Below, in pieces: positions 46,588-58,900 of a stretch of DNA of 64,000 nucleotides. Origin of the DNA: Cladosporium halotolerans (Eukaryota); NCBI RefSeq assembly GCF_011745625.1, contig NW_027191454.1, forward strand, positions 248,001 through 312,000, read 5' to 3'. How positions within the stretch are numbered: position 1 is the first letter of the stretch; every line of letters starts with the position of its first letter. Below the pieces are notes generated by a model that saw nothing but the letters and a program-made list of their open reading frames with translations, was not told where the DNA came from and searched no databases. The translations under genes were made by a program, and so were the position numbers.

Positions 46588-46757
46588 AAAGCGGGCGGCG
46601 AGGATCACAGCCAAATCTTGCCCCGCGCACCAATCAATATGTGCAACAACACTATAGACTCAATGTAGATATCCATTTCTGGTGATACACGGTCGTACTC
46701 AAAGTTATAATTACATATGCTTGTATGAAACAGAACCCGTCGCTTCGGAGCCATTCC

Positions 46758-49700
46758 TCAGAACCACGCCGCCCAACCCGCGAACAGGGTGGCCAGGTTC
46801 TTCTCATCCGTCGCCTGCTGTATGAGCTCGTTCACAGTCGCTGCTGTGCTCAGCGTCTTCGACAACTTCTTCTCAACGATCGCCAGTGCTCGATCCGCCT
46901 CTCCGCCGTCTGACTCTGATTTTGATTTCGAAGTTTCTGCCGCCTCTGCGCCCTTGGCGTTCTGTAAACCGTCCTGGGCCTCTTGCATGCGCTTCGCACG
47001 TAATGGCGAGACGGTCCACGAGTACAGTGGATCGTAGCGAAGCACATTCAACAGTGTCATGATACTGTCCTTGTCCTCACGTAAAGCGTCCATGGTGAAC
47101 TCGCAACAGCGGCGGAAAATTCCTTCCGTTTTGGTGACGCCCATGCCGTCCACTATGTCCCTCGTCAAGCGGAAGGGAACGAGCTCGGGTACAGGGAGCA
47201 CTCGGCCCGCCTCGAAAGCAATGCCTAAATCAATGTGGACCACCTCGCCAGTCTTCTCGTCGAGCATGATGTTATGGCCGTGTCGATCGCCCAAGCCGAG
47301 GATGTGGCCGAGCATGGACACAGAAGCCGTTGTCCTCGTGTACGCAGTCCTCTTCTCAAACCAGTCGTCTGGGTCGTCAAAGCGTTCCAGGAAGAAGTGG
47401 CGCATTACCGGGTGCAAATGATCGCACACCTTCCGAAACTCCTTGACTCGCGTCTCGGTGGAGTTGCTTTGCACCGCCCTGATCTTCTCTCGTGCTGCAT
47501 TGTTCTTCAAGTCTTGAGGATAGTATCTCGCATGGGCGGGCGCCAGGAACTCATTGATTGGTATCGAGTGTGGCACGAATTCGATAATGCCAGAACGAGC
47601 AGAAGTCGGAATAACTTTGTAGGTGCGGATGTGCAAGTTGCGCTGTCGTGTCGCCTTGTGGTTTTGCAGCATCTTACTGACCTCCTCGAATACCTGTTCC
47701 ATAATCGCGTCCTGGCGAAGATCATCATTGCCGCTCTTGAAAAGTTGCTTGTATTGCTTGCCATCGGACGAGAATGCAGTGAGGACTTTGGGCGCGCTCA
47801 GGCCGGTCATGATCGAGACCGTATTGCCAAATTTGGTCACGTACGGGACGTCGTCGTAATTGCCATCCGGATGTAGCGGTAGAGTGATGGTTACCGGAGG
47901 AAGACGGAGCTCCGGAATCTTTCTCGCGACTCTCACCGCAGTGGAGATATCTTGCAGAGCCCTCTTTCCGCTTTTCTGGTCGTAGATTTGTTCCTCAGCA
48001 AGTAACCTATACATGCTGTCGGCCGAAAATAGCCTCTTGAACAAGTCTCCTTTTCCTTTGTCGTTACTGATTTGCTGTCGTATGAGGGCAGCTGCATTGA
48101 ATCTCGTCACAGTCGCCTCGTCTTTCGTTGCTGGGCTTCTGGTTGATGCATACACATGGTGAACGCTGTGATAAGGGTGTGTCAGACACATACGCTTCGT
48201 CAAAGCCGAAAGCGCGAGATGAAAGCTAGAGTTGTCGTTCTTGAGACGAGACATGAGCTGATTAAGTAGCACGACAAACTTCCAGGATGGAACAGAGGGC
48301 AGGATCTTGTTGACTGCCTCATTTGCAGGGGCTGACTCGGAAGTTTCAAGCCAAAGTGCAAAAAAACGCAAGACAGACAGATTGTGCTCGTCTGAAGCAC
48401 GCAATGCGAGCAAATAGTTCTGTAGACTCTGCTGCACGAAAGTCTCACGGCTTGCTTTTTGATGCTGGAACTCCTCGTCGTCCAGCTTGAACCATTGCTC
48501 AGCCTTGCCAAGGGTTCGTTCATGATCTTTTTTATCAGCTGGTTTCTTTGCTGCTTTCACCAGTGCCTGGAGGTCGCGCACTTCCTCCAATTTCCGCTGA
48601 CGGAGGGTCGAGATGCGACTGAAATCTTCGACATTCGCTTGGTGTTGGAGTTGCTGGTCACAGAAAGCGGCAAATGCGTGGTAGACTCTGCCCGCCTCGC
48701 GACCCACAGCCTCCTTCGGCAGATGTGCTATGGCTGGCCGAAGATACTCTTCGAGAATGCTGCTCGGTTTCTCAAGACGTGCGTCCGCGAGCTGCTTGCC
48801 GAGCTGTGCGAGTAAATCTGACCGCCCGACAGTAATGTGTTGACTTTCCATATCTGATGAACGTAACGTCTCTCGCAGCATTTTCACAGATGCTGTGCTC
48901 TCTTCTGATTCCCATAGAATTGAGGCAATCTCGTGCTTTGCCGCAGCCTCGATGCGTACACCGCTTGCCTGTAGATCAAGAGCTAGGTCATTGACTTGAG
49001 TCGCGGCACAAAGAGCAGTCTGTAACTGACCGTGTTGTCTAGCCAAGGATGAGTAAGAGAGCAGAGCGTTTGCCTCACACGTACGAACAACGTTTCGTGC
49101 CACATGAAGCTCTGTAAGAAGAGAGTCGTTGCGCCCTAGGACACCAAGACTGGTAATTCGGCCCTGTTGAATAAGGTCGAAGTCTTCAAAACGTGCTTTC
49201 TCCATCCATTTTTGTCGATCTTGCATCCTTGACCAGATGGACAGTACCTCATGTTGATCGTGTGCTGCCGTCAGCTCCAGGGACTCGGACACCAGCGCAA
49301 GGCTCGTGAACCATTCCTGAGAGGGTCTAGACAATGCATAGCTCTTTTGTGCAGAGTGTATATGTTGCAAAGCCAGATTGTCCAGAGACTGTACCGCAGA
49401 GTCCAACTTCACAGCATGGCTGAGTTCTTTGTACATGTTGAGCAGACGTGATGGTCTGTCAGTGCTGGTTTCCGGGAGCGCTACGTCCCACTGCTGAAGC
49501 TTTCGAGCACTTTCGAGCATATCACCCGTAGCGGCAGCTGTGTTGCCTAACATACCGGATGTGAGGGCGAATGTCAGGCTGCTGAGGTTTAACGAGGATA
49601 AGGAGCGGACCATGCCCAAGGCGTCTTCGGGACCGAGCTCGCCAGATTGCCGCATGTGACTGTCGACCTGCGCCGAACGAAACATCAGGCTTTTGAAGCC

Positions 49701-52700
49701 GCTCTTCTCGTAATCGAGTCTACCGAGAACGGACTCCAGTGAAGCCGGTCGCTCCACGCCATAGAAGGAGTCTGGCTCGTCAACCTGCTCGAAAATTGAA
49801 AGTAACAAGTCCTCTCGCACCGGAGCAGGCAGAACTTGGACGGCAGACGTACGACTTGATGCTCGACGGCTCTTCTGCGAAGGTGCAACACTGGATTCTG
49901 CTAACAAAAGAGCAAGGGTCGGTTTCCCACATGTAGCGGCCACCTGAGCTGCACGCATGTAGTCAACGTCCAGCCACTGCGACCTATCCACCTTGGTGGC
50001 CTCCCTCGGGTATGGTTGTCGGCGCATATATAGAATCAAGTCGAGAATGTATTCTTGAATTTGTTTCATATGTCCTCCTTCCGCATTGAGGTGTTCTCGA
50101 ATTGCAGCGGAAAGTTCGCTTTGCAGGTCTTGCTTCCCTTCAGCTTCGATCTCAAGAATCATGTGGATGATGGCGGGGAGGAACTCCACGGTGAGATGAG
50201 GAAAACCCAGCAGTATCGTAGGCATTGCGTTCAATAGTGTTGGCGCAGACGGCCAGCGGCACAAAACAAGGGCTACTCCGGTCGCCCATTCGGTCAGCTC
50301 AGTCGGCATTTCAAGTTTCAATGCGGATTTGAGCATTTGGCGGTTACTGATTTGGATGTCATACTGTGGCACCGTTGGTGGCAGGTATCCGTATGTGCCT
50401 CTCGATATAGAGGGTGCCAGGATTTCGGGAAGTGTCTCTCGGAATGTTGCTTCGTCGGCAGAATCTTCAACCAGCTCCGAAGCCACGATACGGAGCACAA
50501 ACTCGGCCAGTCCTGACTCTACCCGTGTCGGTGATCGCACAATCTCACACAGCCGCCGAATGAGAAACGCATATGGACGCTGTGCGCCAGCCAGATGATC
50601 CGGGTTTGTGTATGCTGCATAGAGCCTTCGTTTCTTTGGGAAAGAATCGTAGCTGCCACTTGCAGCGTACGCCCGCCCGATAACCTTTGCGGACCATGAT
50701 AGAAAGTGATCGTCAAAAGACGACACCTGAATCGCGCGCCAAAGGTACGGAGCGTACTCGATGCATAAGACATCATCCCCGAGGGCGTCTTCTGCCATGC
50801 TTTGGGGGACTTGGAAGTTCCGAGTTAGGGTGATCAGAGCTGCGCGGGAATCGCCGACTGCAAAGAGACCGGATTCGTCCTCAGTTTGACGTACGAGAAG
50901 CAGCAGTAATGCACTCTCTGGGCTGCCCTTTCGCACATTTCCAGGCAGATCAAGCCGAGAAAGAGCTTCTGTCAGAACTTCATAGTCATGGAGCAGTTGA
51001 GCAGAGACGTTTACTCGCATGTCGCGCAAGTATTGCACGCTCCTACTGTAGAAACTATGCATCTTCTGTACGGTCTCCCGGTGTTGAGTTTCTTGTGTGG
51101 TGTTGTCTTGCTTAGAACCCATGTGAGCTCGGACCGCAAGGAGAAGGTTTGTGAAGATACCACAGAGGAATGTAGGGTTTCCCGCGAGCTGTCGCTTGCC
51201 GCGGTGCATCAGGTAGTCGACGATACCAAGAGCGTCATCCGCACATTGACTATCCGTCAAGTACGGCTGGATACCACGCAGGAGCATCTCAAGTGGATAG
51301 CCCATAACCGCAACCTCACCTGCAGTGGCGACGAGAAGTCTCAACTTGCGAAGTATTGTGCAATTGTGGAGTGATCCAAGCCCCGAATTCATATGATCGA
51401 ATAGCATCCTCGCAGCTACTGAAAATGTTGACGATTCCCACGGAGCAGTGGGGTCGTGACTTGTTCGGCGACAGAATCGCTCCATCTGATCAGGGAGGTA
51501 CTTACCTTTGAAAGAAGGCTGTTGAGGGGCCGGCATTGGACGCTTGGAAAAGCTGAACTCTTTGATCTCGGCGAGCGCTTTGCTTGCGGATGTGTAAACC
51601 ACAGGTTTATTGCGCTTCGCCAACCAGCCATCATCGACGTCGTCCTGGTTCACGCACAGGAAGAAGTGCCCCATGATAGTAGCGAAATGATCTGCCGACA
51701 ATTCTCTGTACTCTTCTTTGCTGCCGATGATATTGCGGAGTCGATTTTCACAGCTTACGCTTTGCTCCGAAGGCGGCGAGATGATATCCCGACTGATGGC
51801 GTATGCGACGCTTTTGCCAAATGAATGTTTGAGGAGCTCCTTCACTTCAGCACCCAATTGATCTGCCAAAAACTGCATATCTCTGTCCAGTCCTCGCATC
51901 AGTGATTGCGCTGTCACCTCCACCTGAGCATTAACAAGCAATTCACGAAGGGAATCGAACCCGAAAGCTGCATACGGGAGAGACTCCAAAGCTTGATCCT
52001 GTAACCATGAATGCAGAAGCTGAGGAGCAAAGAGGTGGAAAAGCTTTTGCGAGTTGGCAAAGTCCAGCGATGAGGCAACTTTCTCAACGCAGACAGCGGC
52101 ATATGGTCTCGAGTTCTCTGCACGTCCCGCGGTCTCAAAGATATAATAAATCGACTGGCGGAGAAGTGAGTGCCATGAGCACGCCAAGTTTGCGAGGAAA
52201 AGCAGCCGCATTGCGAGGCCCTCTGTCCATTCGAATTCAGCGGGCAGACTGTTTTGCAAGTCATCAAACATGGCACCATGTGCGGAGAGCGTGAAGAGGC
52301 TAAAGATGGTTGCAATGCGTTCGGCAAGATGGAATTGGACCGATATTGCACCTCGTTGCAAGAGATCAAAGAGGCTCGTGCGCACAGAGGGAACGTCGTC
52401 GTCACGGCCGTAATCTGTGTTCACGTGGCACAATTGTAACAGAAGCGTGGACACCTTCTTCTGTACGCTTGGAGATAGAACACCCGCTTTCAATGCCGTG
52501 GAAACGCACCAGTCGTACATGTCAAGAGCAAGATCAGCTAGGTTCTTGTTGTTTGTGTTCGTCCAGAAGGATTTGAGTCCGATCATTGCGTCCAGGATGG
52601 TACCAATCGCAACCTCTGAACGCTCAAAGGCATAGTCTTGGAGAATACTATCTGTCAGAAACTCTAACAAGCGCTCTGTATCGCGCTCAGCCAAGTTCGG

Positions 52701-55575
52701 AATGAGCGAAGGCAGATTTGCGAGAATCAACCGACTGGCAATTATTGTTGCCTCTGGGAGTGAAAGTATGGCATCCATCGCAATACTTGACGCATTCTCC
52801 ATGCTGTTGACCTCCGACGTCTCGTCCTTACATGCAGTGATGATTGATGCATATAGAGGCACGACGGCTCGTAATGAAATTGTGCTGTTGCTGATGCTGG
52901 AGTCATCCACAAGATCTACGGCGCCAGTTCGTGGAAGACCTCGGCGGCTTTCTTGGGATTCATACGAATGGCCGACTTCCATCATGTCTTCTTCATCCAC
53001 CGTCACGTCAATGTCCTGAGGTGTGGCTCTGGAGGCAAAGGCTTCGGTGATAGTACGGCAAAGGGCACTACGGCAGTCGCTGCTTTTGGTTCTAGCACCA
53101 TCAGTAGCTTCGTTGGTAGAAGGTGGCCAGAATGTTGAAGCGAAGGAAGTCAACATGATGTCGACTTTGTCCTGACCGCACGCTCTGTCCGATGCATGTC
53201 GAGCGATGAGCTTCAAAATCGCGTGGCATTGACGCTGCAGCTCCAGCTGAGCTCTAGTGTCGGAAAACTTAATGCAATGCGCCATGCAAGTCGACGCTGC
53301 AGCAAATTGACAAAGCGCCGCGAAGACATCTGAGCTTACGCCTTGTGGACGATCATGAACAATCTGCGAGAAAGAGTTTTCCGTCCTGGTCATTTCGCCG
53401 ACAAGGTGATTCAGTATCAAAGCCTCGGAAGATGCCTTGGGAACTGATAGTTTGACCGTCTTTGCCAGAAGAAAGTTCGGGCTTGGTTGGAGAAATGCCC
53501 GATTGTCACTCAGCGACAACAGGTAATGTATAAGTTGCTCATTCTCTTCAGCACGAAGCCAGCTCCTACCGAGGACATCCCAAACCGGATATCCAAGAGA
53601 TTCCGAGAGGTGCGAGGGCTGACCAAGGTACAGTGCAACAAGGCCAACCACATCAACGCTGGTGAACAGAGTACATGAAGTAGCATAAGAGCGTTCATCA
53701 AATTTGCTGGGAACCCATCTTCGCAGCAGCCATCCGATGGCGCTATTCGCAATGATGGGCGCAGAGCTTGGATGTATTGACACTGAGTCTCTCATGATGA
53801 TTTGGACAAGGGCGAGCGCAGTGTCACACAGTATGTGGGGTCCACTCAGTTCGAACGCCACTGCGAGCGACTGATAAAGCTCTGATGCCACGGCTTGTGG
53901 TATCAGACGGAATCGAAGCATAATGCAGAGCACACCACAAGCTGCACGGCACGTGCTTGGGCTCGTGATCGAACGACACGAAACTTGCCACAGCGAGGTC
54001 CAAAGAGCGACCAGTGTGCCATCCGTTGAAGAAGCCTGATATGCACAACTCGCGACTGCGGTCAGGGACCACGATGCGAGTGCCGCATTCTCGTCACTAC
54101 AATGCGGTTTCAGGATGTCGAGAATGCGTCGAAGGTCAGTCGCTGACATTTGGCTTTGCTGCGTCAGGAAAGCGAGTGTCTGTAAGGCAGCTATCCGAGA
54201 TCCAAGAACGCCGTTGGATGCCTGCGAAAGCAAATCTCCGAGATCGTCCATTCCCCGTAGCCGCTTCCTGGGTCTCTCTTCGCTGTCATCCCCGGTTCCA
54301 TCTAGGTCTTTCATGCCATTGTCGCGCAACAATCCAGTAATGAACGCAATGAGGTGCACGACAGTCCAGCCTTGCTCCGCGCGAGAACCGTTAGTACGAA
54401 GCGACAGAATACCGCATTGAATGAATGCTGGCCTTTTTGGAGCAGCAGAATCGCTCCAAACTTGCAGGTCATCCAAGTGTAGCTGATCTCGCTCTTGTCG
54501 CTTCGAGTATTCAGCTTTCAAGCTTTCCAGAAGAGCGCTGAGCTCTGATACTAGTAAGTCTGCACCGTCTGCATTGCAACGATCCGTTAAGAACAGCCGA
54601 ATATGCATTGACACCACGAGCATCTCCTTCAGACCGCTAGTTTTTGGCCCCCAGTAAGATCCCATCAAGCGGATCAAGGGGCTAGTAACTTGCTGGGTGA
54701 GGCTTATATTTTCTGTCCTGGTCCACGCGAGGACATTTCCAATGACGGCGAATGCTTCTTGATGGGCGGGATTTGACGCACTGTTTGATTGCAAAAATCG
54801 AATTGCACTCCAGACTGCTTCCGAAGCCAGAGATGGGACAGGCGCGTTTGGTGCACCGGTTAGCAGGCGAAGGCACGCCATCAGTTCTTCTGCAGCAGAT
54901 TTGGCAAAGCCCCGACTGCCTTGAGAGCTAATAGAATTGGGGTGACGCGACCTAGACGATCGCGAGCTTGTGAAAGTTGCTCCTGCACCATTCATGCCGG
55001 CGCCTTCGATGGCGGCAGATTGCGATGCTTGAATGTACTTAATGCAGAAGCGTGAAGTGCGCTCCCATTCAGCCTTTGGCAGATGTTCTACGTGCGACGG
55101 ACGAGCCAATATGATTCGCATGATCTTAGGATAGTCCAGCGCAATAGGCTCGCAAAGCTCGCCATCCGATGAAGGCAGGGTTTCGATGATGTGGTCTAAA
55201 AGGGCCTTAACCGTCTTCAACTTCACCGATACAACTCCTACCTCGACCGCGAGGCGTAGGGCGCCAGCGCATGATTGCAGACGATTTGACGCCCCAGATT
55301 TGAGTGACGCGGTTTTTGCTCGAGCGTGTGCCGATTGCTCGTTAATCACTACCGTGAAGAGGACTTCATAGATGCGATGCAACGAGGCGTCTGCCAATGA
55401 ATCAATCGACGAATTGCGTTGGTTGTGGCGCAGAATATGCTTGAGATCAGCCAAGCCTTCGCTCCTTTCCCTTGGACTGTTTGACTCGGCACGCTCTGCT
55501 ATTGTTAGCGTGTGGCCAAAATGGAGATCGCCTTTTATTCATACCTAGGGCGTCCACGAGCGTCACCTCGGCCAT
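46758..55575 (-). CDS. TEL1: Serine/threonine kinase Tel1/ATM (PIKK family)
   Basis: Exon 1 MAEVTLVDAL (55575-55545), intron 55544-55499 (GTATGA...GCTAAC..TAG, with an alternative tandem CAG), TAN-like ERSEGLADLKHIL. Kinase domain DDLRQD, LGLGDRHGHN, HIDLG, PELVPFRLT and FATC ending LFAGWAAWF*. Confidence 0.95.
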
Positions 55576-55993
55576 TGTTCCGTTGGCCTAAACAAACGAG
55601 GGGCCAGCATCGAGAGCGATGGGACGAGGCGCGGTCGTGCGCTCAACATTCATAGTGTTCTCTTGTCCAAATCTAGAGCTGGAGAAAATTGCGCCAACAG
55701 CAGTCGGGACCGCGCTCAGGCACGTGTGAAACGAAAATGCTGTCTTTCTAGGCCACGTCGGCAGAGAAGGAGGACGTCGCGAATGTGAAGTCGAGTCCAA
55801 TGCGCCCTAGCCAATCAAAGCCCGAGAGCGCGACGCGGGCCAAAGCTTCCAGCGCGTCTTCACCTCGACCTCGAATTTGAGAACAATAAAGCGAACGAAC
55901 AAACAAGTTGCGCGCCACTGTCCGCACGGGCAACGAAAGCCCCTCGAGCTCTGCAAGCCTCTGATCGCATCCTAGCGACCAACTACTAGCAAT

Positions 55994-58900
55994 ATGGAGC
56001 TTGAAGAGCCTCTCGAAAGGCTGCAAAACCTCCAACGGGACCTTGTATCCTTCACCGAATCACGTCTAGCGAATCTCGACCGCCTGAGCATCGAATTGGA
56101 AACCAGCCTTGTGGACCTGAGGAAGCTTTTGGAACGAAAGAGGAAGAGTCAGCAGAGTCGGGATGCCTTGAGCGCGACAACCTCAGGCGACCCAGCGACG
56201 AACAAAGTCCAAATCGGAGACCGCGAGTTCTCGATCAGTAACGATTTCAGGGAAGGCGCGATTACGGTGTCCGATGAGCTCGATCTGGATGAGCTCGAAG
56301 CCGCGAAACTATGTTTGGCTGTGGCAGAAGATGCAGAGGGCGTCCCCGAAACCCTGCCGCTGAGGGCGATTCTGCACTTCCACCGGGAGAGGGAAACATT
56401 GCTGGATTGCGTACGGTTGATCTTTCGCAAGGCCGCTGATCCAGATGCGGACGATCAGATCGCGCTGCAGCTTCAAGATGTTGTGGAAAGCATCCTACTG
56501 GGAGAAGAGCGTAGACAAGTCGAGCGGTCTGCCTATTGGCGCAAGTGTATTGAAGGGTTGACGGACATTGAAGCTTTGATTCGGAAGACACAAGACCATG
56601 TCCAGCTTATGGCTATGACCGGCCAAAGTCTCTCCACACCAACAGGCGAGGCCTTGCAAGCTCAGAGGATGCTCCTGGCTCACCAGCATGAAACACTAGC
56701 TGCAATCATGACATTCATCATCCGTGGCAACCACGTCCTCCCCGAAGATTTCCGCCAGTTTTTGAGTAAAGCTGCAAGCACAGAATCTCCTTTGGACGTC
56801 ATGGCACATTACACTCCTGTCTTGATCGCTGGGTCGGCGTATTTCGGCTCTGATCCGGCAACCTCTGACCAAGCTGCTCAGGATCTGCATAAGTTGTTCG
56901 CACCTGGCCCTGGTCAGTTACAATGGAAGGTGAAGACTTTCCAGTATGCGACCACTGTTTGGTGGCTCGCGGAGTTCAGCGCTCGATTTGCTGATTGCCC
57001 TGCGGACTTTACCATTAACGGCAAGTCCATTGCGCAACTGGAAGAAGAAAGGAGCAAGCTTTTCAAAGAATGCTGCCATCAGAAAGCCTTTCATTTGATG
57101 CTCTCGATCGCAGATTTCTTGAAGCCAGAAGTTTGGTATGATCCTGCAAAAGCTGGACTTGTCGGTTTTCTCCTTGACAATTCTGCCTTGTTTCCCCACG
57201 ATGCCACTGCACCATCTCGGCATTTTGCCGTGCTTACGATGGAAGAGTTCCAGACCTTCGTCAACGCTTTCGTGTCAAATATGCCGGATCTACTTCGCCA
57301 GCTTAAATCGCAGGAAGATGACGAAAGACGCAACTATCTGTCTTCGGCGATTGACCAGGGCCATCCGGACACAATGGATCTCGAAAGGTTCATCCTTGTG
57401 ATTGCGCGAGCGTATCAAGAGGACCAAGAAGCTGCCGAAGATTTCTGGTCGGACAAAGAAGGAAATCTATATGGATTTCTGCGTTGGGCCTCGCAGAGAC
57501 TGCCAACCCCACGCGTTGCTGCGTTCTGCGAGCTCCTGCGATCTATAGCAACCGATGAGAAGTCCGCGAATCAAGCACATCGCTTTCTCCTAGAAGACAC
57601 AGCGATGGTGTCAGGCAAGCTTCGAAAGGCCTATGCCGTCAGCTGGACTCAGATATTCAACGAACTCGAGCTCTATGCTGCGATGACCAAGAACAAGCCT
57701 GCAGTCGCACAACCACTTACGGGTCCAGAAGACATAATGGCGGATCCTGATGTTGAAGAGAAAGAAACTCCAATCATGCTCGAGGCATACCTGCGTCTTG
57801 CATCGCATGTCTGCATCAACAGCTCTGATGCTCGCAATTGGATCCTGCGAGAGCAGCCATTCCGCCTTCATGACCATTTGTTACAGCTCGTTCAAAGTGC
57901 TTCACCATCCAACGTGCAGGCCTGCTGCTTCGATTTGCTTGCTGCTCTGTTGACCGATAAAACGCCAGACATCAACGATGGCCTGTGGAGCGCTCTTGAT
58001 ACATGGATCGGAGGAATCGGCCAGCCAACGACCAATGCACCCCGAGCCCAGTCTGCTTCTGGTCTTAGAGGAGCATCTGAAAAGCATTACCTCCAGTCCA
58101 TCGCGGCTAATCCTGAGGTTGCCACTTCTTTTGTCCACCTGCTGAATGCTCTCATCATCCCTGCAAGCAACAACTCCGATCCTACACTGGATGCTCTTCC
58201 CTTTCCCGAATCTCTGGGCTCAGTCCATCGTCACGTTGGAATTGAGCCCTATGTGGATTTTGTTCTTGGACAGGTCTTGACGCAACCATTAGCGCAGCAA
58301 GGCCTGTATGAGAACCGAGTTCTCAGCAACGTTCTACGCCACGCATGCCTGACGTTCGCCTGGCTTTGCTTATCGACTTTCAACGAGAACCTGGTGGTGC
58401 TCGCCAACACGACCAATCTAGCTGTTGAGAGCTCTATGAAGACATCATCACTCGCCACGTACACTCGCTTGCATCCTTTCGCGCGGACGATGGAGCACCT
58501 CTTCAATAACAACACGATTGCTGCGCTCTTCGACAGTGTACATCAGCTCCCAGAGGAACTGGAGACATTAGATGAAATGTCCCCTCTAGTGCAAGCTACC
58601 GCCAAGGCTGTGGAGGTCATGAATCTTGCTATGAAATTACAGCCGACATACTTCGATATCGTGCGCCCGGTGATCAAGACACAGGCCCCTTCGAGGGGCA
58701 TGACTGTGGCAAACGCTGCGATTGCCTCCTTCGACGATGTAATGCTGAGCCAATTAGATACCGTCGTCTACCTGGTGAACTATGCGGCGTGCCGGCACGT
58801 CGATCTTGCGATGCAATCTCTCGACCTTCTGAAGAGATTGTCTTCCTCGAGGAAACTGACTGGTATCATTGACACGATGTCTGGCCAAAGAATTGGGAAC

